Shown in pieces: positions 57,276 through 64,000 of a stretch of DNA of 64,000 bases (position 1 is its first letter; the number at the start of each line of letters is the position of its first letter). Made by a program: the position numbers and the translations under genes. A model generated the notes under the pieces. The model was not told the origin of the DNA. It saw only the letters and a list, made by a program, of their open reading frames with translations, and did not search any database. Origin of the DNA: an uncultured Leptospirales bacterium (lineage in GTDB: Bacteria > Spirochaetota > UBA4802 > UBA5550); the NCBI GenBank assembly GCA_964423905.1, contig CAYRGX010000012.1, forward strand, positions 6,994-70,993, read 5' to 3'.

Positions 57276-58460
57276 TCATGACGTTTCTCTGACGGCTTTT
57301 TCCAGCAATAGCAGCCCCTTTTCGAGCATGCTCCGCGGGCAGGCGTAATTGATGCGCACGAATCCCTCGCCGCCCGGGACCCCGAAGATGTAGCCGTAAT
57401 CGGGTGCAACTCCCGCCCGTTCGGTAATGAGCCGTTTCAGGGAAGCGCGTTCAAGACCCAGTCTCCCGCAGTCGATCCACGCGAGGTACGTGCCCTCGGG
57501 TTCCACCAGGGACAACCGGGGCAGGCGATCCCTTAAAAAATTTCTCAGGCACCCGAGATTTTCCGCGAGATAGGCCATGAGCGCGTCGAGCCAGGGACCC
57601 CCTTCGGTGTAAGCGGCCACGCTGGCGGCTGCGCCGAACACCGTGGGGCCGAGGATTCCCATGTCTCTCTGGGAGGACGTGATGGCCTTACGCATCCCCG
57701 CGTCGGCTGCGATGATGTTTGCCGTATGAAGTCCGGCCAGGTTGAAGGTCTTGCTCGGCGCGATGCAGGTAAGGGATCGTTCCAGCGCGCGTTCCGACAG
57801 CGACCCGAACGGAACGTACCTTGCGTGGGGGTAGACCATATCCCCCCATATCTCGTCGGAAACCACCATCACGCCGGATTCGTCGCAGATCCGGAAGAGT
57901 TCACCCAGTTCGCTTTTACTCCACGCCCGTCCCACGGGATTGTGCGGGTTGCACAGTATGAGCATCGTGGTGCGCGGGCCGCGTGCCTTTTCGCGCAGGT
58001 CGTCCAGGTCCATCCGGTAGCGCCCTCCCTCGATCACAAGCGGGTTGTCGACGAGTTCCCTGCCGTTGTTGAGCACGGTCGTGGAAAACGGGTAGTAGAC
58101 CGGGCGCTGGATGATTATGCCGTCGCCGGGTCGGGTGAATGTCCGCACGATGCAATTGAGGGCCGGCACCACGCCGGGGTGGTAGACGAGCCATTGCGTG
58201 TCGATGGCCCACCCGTGCCTGTCCCGGTACCATTGTGCAATCGAGGAATAATACGCGGCGGTCGTGGCGGTGTACCCGAACACGCCGTGTGCCGTCCGTT
58301 CCGCGAGCGCGCGGATGACCGGTTCCGGGGATGCAAAGTCCATGTCCGCGACCCAGAAGGGCAGGAGGCCCTTCCCGTGGAACAGCTCATCGACCAGGTC
58401 CCACTTGACCGAACCGGTGCCGCGGCGCTCGATCGTCCTGTCGAAATCGAAGCCCGTCAT
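57276..58460 (-). CDS. MalY/PatB-family PLP C-S lyase
   Basis: PFWVADMDF, GVVPAL, CNPHNPVGR, SDEIW, APSKTFNLAGL and EGTYLAWID motifs. Confidence 0.93.
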   Translation of the reverse strand: MTGFDFDRTIERRGTGSVKWDLVDELFHGKGLLPFWVADMDFASPEPVIRALAERTAHGVFGYTATTAAYYSSIAQWYRDRHGWAIDTQWLVYHPGVVPALNCIVRTFTRPGDGIIIQRPVYYPFSTTVLNNGRELVDNPLVIEGGRYRMDLDDLREKARGPRTTMLILCNPHNPVGRAWSKSELGELFRICDESGVMVVSDEIWGDMVYPHARYVPFGSLSERALERSLTCIAPSKTFNLAGLHTANIIAADAGMRKAITSSQRDMGILGPTVFGAAASVAAYTEGGPWLDALMAYLAENLGCLRNFLRDRLPRLSLVEPEGTYLAWIDCGRLGLERASLKRLITERAGVAPDYGYIFGVPGGEGFVRINYACPRSMLEKGLLLLEKAVRETS

Positions 58461-58629
58461 GCGGAAGGAGTCGCACTGTAAAAGACGAATGTCAACCAGT
58501 ATTCAGCGGCGTCGTGACGGTGTCATGGGAAATCGGGTTGACAGATCGCGTGATGGGGGATATGTTCCCCGTCCCCGGAACGAGTGGCTGGGACGCGGTA
58601 CCGGATGGTTTGACACGAAGGGGGATGCG

Positions 58630-60135
58630 ATGGGGAACAGGCTCGATGCTTTGAAGGACAAGTGGGCACGGATTTCACGGCTGGGTCAGACCCTGGCACT
58701 GCTCCAGTGGGACATGGAAACCTGCATGCCCCCCGGGGGAGTGCGAGGGCGGACTGAACAGATGGGACTCATCGCCGGGGTCGTGCACCGATGGCTTACC
58801 GAGCCTGAAACTGGCGCGCTCATAGAGGGCGCCGAGGACGAGACCTCGGGGCACCCGTACGACTCCGACGAGGCGGGCATGGTGCGCGCGGCAAGGCGGG
58901 CGTACGACCAGAAGGTGAAGATCCCGGAGTCGCTGGTCGAGCGGCTGACACGCGCCACCGCGCGGGCGAACGGCATCTGGATTCGCGCCAGGGAAGAATC
59001 CGATTTCGCGGCCTTTGCCCCGGTCCTCGCCGAGATCGTCGACATGAACAGGGAGATGGCGCGCTGCCTCGGCGGCGGGGAGCGCCCCTACGACGCGCTC
59101 CTCGACATCTACGAACCGGGTCTCGCTACGGAGACCGTGGACGGGCTCTTCGGCGAGCTCAGGAAACGGCTCATTCCCCTTTCGGAAAGACTCGGCGCGG
59201 CGCGCTTCGAAACGCCGCGGTATCTCACGGGGAAAACATTCGACACGGCCCGCCAGGAAGAGTTCGGGCTCATGGTGCTTCGTGACATGGGTTATGACTT
59301 CAACAGGGGCAGGCAGGACCGGTCTGCGCATCCTTTCACGACATCGTTCGGTCCGTGGGACGTGCGCATCACCACCCGCTTTTCGGAGGACGATCCCCTT
59401 TCCGCGCTCTTCAGTTCCATCCATGAAGGAGGCCACGCCCTGTACGAGCAGGGCCTGCCGCTGGAGCACGCGGACACGCCGCTGTGCGAGGCGGTGTCAC
59501 TCGGGGTCCACGAGTCGCAGTCCCGCCTGTGGGAAAACATTGTGGGGCGCAGCCGCGGGTTCTGGGAGCACTATCTTCCGGAATTCGCGCGGCTTTTCCC
59601 CGATGCGCTCGGGGAGGCTGACATCGATTCGTTCCATCGCGCGGTGAACGCGGTGCGGCCGGGACTCATCCGCGTGGAAGCCGACGAGGTGACCTACAAC
59701 CTTCACGTGTTCGTGCGCTACGAGCTCGAGAAGGAGCTCATCGAGGGAAGCCTCTCCACTGCCGATATTCCCCGTGCCTGGAACGAGCTCTACGCGCGCT
59801 ACCTGGGCATTACGCCCGCACGGGACGATGTGGGCTGCCTCCAGGACATCCACTGGGCGCACGGCGCGTTCGGCTATTTCCCCACCTACACCATCGGCAA
59901 CCTGCTCTCGGCCCAGCTGTATGCCGCCGCGCGGAACGATCTGCCGGACCTGGAGGGCGACATCGCCTCCGGGACCTTCAGTGCGCTTCTCGCCTGGCTC
60001 AGGGACAAGGTACACCGGCACGGGACGCGCTATACCCCGGGGGAGCTCGCGCTTCACGCCGCGGGCGCGCCGATTTCGGCAGGGCCGTTCATGGATTACC
60101 TCGAGAAGAAATACGGGGAACTTTTCGGGGTATGA
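58630..60135 (+). CDS. M32 carboxypeptidase (carboxypeptidase Taq family)
   Basis: SAHPFT, DVRITTR, IHEGGHALYEQ, HESQSR, IRVEADE, GCLQDIHW and YFPTY motifs; real start MGNRLDALK at 58630. Confidence 0.95.
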   Translation: MGNRLDALKDKWARISRLGQTLALLQWDMETCMPPGGVRGRTEQMGLIAGVVHRWLTEPETGALIEGAEDETSGHPYDSDEAGMVRAARRAYDQKVKIPESLVERLTRATARANGIWIRAREESDFAAFAPVLAEIVDMNREMARCLGGGERPYDALLDIYEPGLATETVDGLFGELRKRLIPLSERLGAARFETPRYLTGKTFDTARQEEFGLMVLRDMGYDFNRGRQDRSAHPFTTSFGPWDVRITTRFSEDDPLSALFSSIHEGGHALYEQGLPLEHADTPLCEAVSLGVHESQSRLWENIVGRSRGFWEHYLPEFARLFPDALGEADIDSFHRAVNAVRPGLIRVEADEVTYNLHVFVRYELEKELIEGSLSTADIPRAWNELYARYLGITPARDDVGCLQDIHWAHGAFGYFPTYTIGNLLSAQLYAAARNDLPDLEGDIASGTFSALLAWLRDKVHRHGTRYTPGELALHAAGAPISAGPFMDYLEKKYGELFGV

Positions 60136-60294
60136 GGTGGTTGCCATGGCGAACGATTTTCGCCATGGCAGGTAGCAGAAAAGCTATTAAGCCTTCGCGC
60201 CTCCGACAGAAAGGCGTTTGATAGGCTCGGCCGCCGGGCCGCGGAAGGCGTGCTGACGGCGAGGTGCCAGTGCAGAACGCTCCCGCAGCTCTTT

Positions 60295-61635
60295 TTACTT
60301 CACCATGGTCCTGGCCCTTTGCGCGAGGATCTTATGGAGGGCGGCCTCGTCCCTCGGGAAGGTGATCATCATCAGGAGAAGGACCACCCCGCACACCACC
60401 CAGAAAAGGTTCGCGATGTTGAAGGCCCAGACCCGGCCGAACTGCGCGATGAGGAGGCTTATGATCACGGGCCCGAATCCCTTGCCGAGGTTGTCGGTCA
60501 GGTTGAAGAGCGAGAAGATGGACCCGCGCGATTCGGGCGTGTTCACGTTCAGGAGCATGGCCCTCACGTTGGAACTCGTAATGGTCACGGTGAAGCCCGT
60601 CACGAAGCCGAGGATTATTGGACCGATCGCGCTCGGATCGGCAACCCCTTTCTGCGAGGGATAATTGATCAGGAATGCCATGGGGATGACTCCCAGAATG
60701 GTGCTCGATCCACAGAGGAGCGGGAGGTACCGGGACTTGATGTTGTAGAGCCTGTTACCCACAAGGCCGCCGATGAAGCTGCCGAATATGGCCGCGCCCC
60801 CAACCACCATGACGATGAGGGTTGCCACTCCCTTCGAGTAGCCCTTGTCGTACTCGTAAAAATCATTCAGAAAGATGAAGAAGACTCCCCAGGGAACGGT
60901 GCCGGGTATGCCCTGGAGGAAAACCATCAGGTTGCTTTTGATCTTGAAAATGTTGATGTACTCTGAGAGGTTGATCTTCCCGGTGTACACGCTGCCGCTT
61001 TCGATGAGATCCTTCAGGCTGTCCTCTGTGTTGCCCCGTGACGGCTCCCTGAACGTGAAGAAAAAGACGACGCACAGGATGAAGTTGGGTATCGCGACCG
61101 CGATGAAAGGCTCGCGCCAGGTCCAGCCGATCACCGGGGCCACGCTGCCCGCGAGGAGCTGACCCATGGCGATGCCGAGTCCCTCGGCGAGACCGATGAA
61201 GGCGGTGGCCGATGCGCGGTTTCCGTGGGAAAAATAATCGCCGATCATTGAATAGGTCAGCGGAAGGGCGCCGCCGATCCCGATGCCGGTAGCGGCCCTG
61301 AGCCAGAACAGCTGCTCGTAGTTCTGCGCGAAAGCGGTGAGCAGGCAAGGGACTTCCCCGATGATGATGACTATGAGAAAGAGGTTCCTTCGCGACACCA
61401 GGTCCGTGAGGTACCCGATGGGGATGGTGACCAGGGCGCCGAGAACCCAGAATACGAGCGATATGCGCCCCCCGAGCATGATGTCGCGCTGGATGTCGTC
61501 GAGCCCGAATTCCCTGGCGATCTCGGTGAGGTGCGGCGCCATGAGGTTCTGGTCGGCGAACAGGAAGAAGTTCATGACCGCCAGCAGTATGACCGCGAAG
61601 AGCTCCTTGCCGCCGAAACCGGATTTCTGTTCCAT
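60295..61635 (-). CDS. MFS transporter (spinster-like)
   Basis: FLFADQNLMAP, GYLTDLVSRR, WREPF, EPSRG and PESRGSIFSLFNLTDNLGKGFGP motifs. Confidence 0.88.
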   Translation of the reverse strand: MEQKSGFGGKELFAVILLAVMNFFLFADQNLMAPHLTEIAREFGLDDIQRDIMLGGRISLVFWVLGALVTIPIGYLTDLVSRRNLFLIVIIIGEVPCLLTAFAQNYEQLFWLRAATGIGIGGALPLTYSMIGDYFSHGNRASATAFIGLAEGLGIAMGQLLAGSVAPVIGWTWREPFIAVAIPNFILCVVFFFTFREPSRGNTEDSLKDLIESGSVYTGKINLSEYINIFKIKSNLMVFLQGIPGTVPWGVFFIFLNDFYEYDKGYSKGVATLIVMVVGGAAIFGSFIGGLVGNRLYNIKSRYLPLLCGSSTILGVIPMAFLINYPSQKGVADPSAIGPIILGFVTGFTVTITSSNVRAMLLNVNTPESRGSIFSLFNLTDNLGKGFGPVIISLLIAQFGRVWAFNIANLFWVVCGVVLLLMMITFPRDEAALHKILAQRARTMVK

Positions 61636-61875
61636 TGACGCACCTCGTGTTCGATTATTCACCTCCCGGACGGTACGGTGACGCGTTCATGTATAAACGA
61701 TCGACATGCGAAATTCAAGAAATTTATGGTTCCGGTGTTATAATTGTTCAAAACGGTTTTTGGATATGTCCGCGGGAATGGGTTCGACATCCGTGCAGCG
61801 CATGACGCGGGATATCGCCGGAGGTGATTTGTGCGAGGGAAATATCCCATGGATAACACGATCCATTGCCCGCCG

Positions 61876-63987
61876 TCAATCGACGTCCAGGCAGATGAGG
61901 CACACGTCGTCGTCGAAATTATCGCTCCCGCGGTAATCGACCAGCTTCTTATAGAGGTTCTCGATGAACTGTCCGCAGGATACGTTCCTGTTCTTGTCCA
62001 TGACTTCGAAGAGATGGGCATATTCGAAAAAGGTATCGTCGCGGTCGTGCGGCTGCGCCTCGGTGAGCCCGTCGGTATAGAGCAGCAGTTTGCTTCGGGG
62101 ATGCAGGGAGGCACGGGAATTGGAGTACAACTTGTTGTGCGAATCGAGCGCAAGATTCTTGTAGATTCCCAGCGGTACGCTCCTGTTGCCGGTCAGCTGG
62201 GAAATGGGACCATCTGCTATTACGTACGGCGGATTGTGCGCGGCGTTTGAGTAGATGATGTTTCTGTGCACGGGTTCGTAGATGCAGTAGAAGGCGGTGA
62301 TGAAATTGCCGCCGGTCTGGTTGAAAAGGATGTCGTTTACGTACAGAAGAAGCTCCGCGGGGTCTTCTTTCTTCTGGCCGGCCTGGAGTATGATTGTTTT
62401 CATCATGGAGGTGATGAACGCGGCGGGTACCCCGTGCCCCGACACGTCGCTTATGAAAATGCCGATACGGTTGGAATCCTCGAAAGTTATGAAATCGTAA
62501 AAATCACCGCCCACGAGTTCCATGGGCTTGTAGAACGAACGTATGAAAGGGCAGGGGGTGCTTGTCGGGATGAGCTGTTCCTGAATCTTTCGTGCGAGGC
62601 TGATTTCCTCTTCCATCGCCCTGTTGCGGATCACGAGCTTGTTGCGTTCCATCTGGAGCTCCTGCGTCCTCTCATTGACGGTCCTTTCGAGGGATTCGCT
62701 GTGGTCCTTTTGGATCCGAATGACCTCCTCCTGCGCCTGGACTTTTTCCTGCTTCATGATGTTGATGCGGTCGGCGAGCGCGAGTGAGAGCAGCATGACC
62801 TCGAGTGCCGTTCCTATCTGCAGCGAATAGTCCGTGAAGAAGAAGCTCTCAAGTATGCCGAAGGCGCGCAGGCCGGTGATGGTAAGCCCTGCAAGGAGGA
62901 GCAGCCAGGCCAGTAAAAAGTACTTGGCCGTCTTCACGCCCTTGATGAACAGGTAGATGCCGGTGCCGGCTATGATAAACGGCGCGACAACGACAAAGAG
63001 CACCGTATACTGGATGATGATGGAATACCTGGCGAAAAATGACAGGGCCATGCCAACGATGGATATGAGCATCAGGCCGAGGATGACACGGTAAAGGCGG
63101 GGCGCGTTGGTTTTCGTGTCAAGGAAGCGGTTGCAGAACACGTTTCCGCAGAAGAGGGCAGAGTTCAGGGCGAGCGGGAAACTCCTGTTGACCCACAGGG
63201 GCGAATCCTTCAGAAGGTATTCGGCCGTGAACCCGTGGAGCGACGCCTGCGTGAGTATTGCGCACGAGATGTACAGCACGTAGTACAGATACACTCTGTC
63301 CCTGACCGAGAAGAATATGAACAGGTTGTAAAAAACCATTATGAGGAGTATCCCGAAATAACCTCCCCAGAGTGTCAGCTCCGTGTTCGCCCGCTGCAGA
63401 AACTCGTTTTTTTCCCAGAGAACCAGGGGTAGCTGCATGGAGCTGTCGGTTTTTACACGCATGTAATATGTCGATGCCTTCTGCGGATCGATTTCGAAAA
63501 GAAAATTCTTGTATTTGAGTTCACGGTCGCGGTACGGCAGAAAGTCCCCCGATTTTTTTTCGCTAATCAGCGTGCCGTTCGCATCGAACGCATACAGGGT
63601 AATGTAGTCCAGGAGTGGGTAGCACACCTCGATAAACATGTTTTCAGTGTGCAGACCGGGTTTTATCTTGAAACGCGCCCAGTACGTGGAACGGGTAAAG
63701 CCCAGGTTCGGGACTTCGGCGGTGCTGGGAATCCATTGCCTGTCGAATTCCGGCGAGCGTGCTTGGTCGATGCCAAGCGCTCCTGCCCTGTCTTCGAGCA
63801 GGTCCAGGTGCAGCCCGAGGGGATACCGTCCGGTCCCCGGCACGGTTGCGACAGTTGATGAGGCGTGGGAAGCGTCGATCATGCCGAGGAAAAGAAAGGC
63901 GGCTACACAGAGGGCCGCGATGAGAAGAAGGCTGGATTCAGGACGGGCCCCGGAAACATTGCCGCGTAGATCAATCATGGGATGCAT
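61876..63987 (-). CDS. 7TM-DISM sensor fused to a SpoIIE/PP2C phosphatase
   Basis: NLGFTRSTYWARF (DISMED2), 7 TM, VGGDFYDF, DVSGHGVPAA, LYTDGLTE, DDDVC. Confidence 0.92.
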   Translation of the reverse strand: MHPMIDLRGNVSGARPESSLLLIAALCVAAFLFLGMIDASHASSTVATVPGTGRYPLGLHLDLLEDRAGALGIDQARSPEFDRQWIPSTAEVPNLGFTRSTYWARFKIKPGLHTENMFIEVCYPLLDYITLYAFDANGTLISEKKSGDFLPYRDRELKYKNFLFEIDPQKASTYYMRVKTDSSMQLPLVLWEKNEFLQRANTELTLWGGYFGILLIMVFYNLFIFFSVRDRVYLYYVLYISCAILTQASLHGFTAEYLLKDSPLWVNRSFPLALNSALFCGNVFCNRFLDTKTNAPRLYRVILGLMLISIVGMALSFFARYSIIIQYTVLFVVVAPFIIAGTGIYLFIKGVKTAKYFLLAWLLLLAGLTITGLRAFGILESFFFTDYSLQIGTALEVMLLSLALADRINIMKQEKVQAQEEVIRIQKDHSESLERTVNERTQELQMERNKLVIRNRAMEEEISLARKIQEQLIPTSTPCPFIRSFYKPMELVGGDFYDFITFEDSNRIGIFISDVSGHGVPAAFITSMMKTIILQAGQKKEDPAELLLYVNDILFNQTGGNFITAFYCIYEPVHRNIIYSNAAHNPPYVIADGPISQLTGNRSVPLGIYKNLALDSHNKLYSNSRASLHPRSKLLLYTDGLTEAQPHDRDDTFFEYAHLFEVMDKNRNVSCGQFIENLYKKLVDYRGSDNFDDDVCLICLDVD

Positions 63988-64000
63988 CCGCGATTTACGT

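Noticed and set aside
58264-58629. 122-aa N-terminal extension of the M32 peptidase in the ORF track
   Set aside because: It overlaps the divergent PatB gene; homology begins near 58630.
1-64000. CRISPR array, rRNA or anti-phage defence system
   Set aside because: No regularly spaced repeats, rRNA-like sequence or recognisable defence genes; the PIN-PhoH gene looks like the ordinary housekeeping type.

Overview
A 64-kb window from a GC-rich bacterium that is probably anaerobic. The spirochaete-type lipoproteins, class III adenylate cyclase and 7TM-DISM/SpoIIE protein suggest a free-living member of the Spirochaetota; this taxonomy is inference only. The backbone carries peptidases, transporters, a galactose/glycoside operon, three paralogous Cys-rich ferredoxin-like proteins, PhoH, SulP and other housekeeping genes. 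An AT-richer accessory block runs from about 24.1 to 39.0 kb and is split by a 182-bp duplicated piece of the neighbouring Ldh_2 gene. Four loci stand out. (1) One 1114-aa ORF fuses a radical-SAM activase to a glycyl-radical enzyme (39772-43116). (2) A six-gene operon combines two Zn-thiol (HxC...C) methyltransferases, a corrinoid protein, DUF6951, an acetylene-hydratase-like Mo/W enzyme and a RACo-type activator; it is flanked by a molbindin, tRNA-Gln and a LysR/YedE/SirA-like/DUF3343 S/Se-handling cluster (24.4-35.7 kb). (3) An overlapping four-gene operon encodes an output-less sensor, a HAMP-MFS fusion, an orphan solute-binding protein and an adenylate cyclase (5562-12250). (4) An ERG4/ERG24 sterol-reductase gene sits in tandem with an EBP/EXPERA sterol-isomerase-like gene (54616-56571). 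Several gene relics are also visible: an internally deleted AcnX, a frameshifted methyltransferase, an IS3-family end and a heme-copper-oxidase-like tail. All family assignments come from motif recognition by eye; no database searches were run. No CRISPR array or rRNA was seen.
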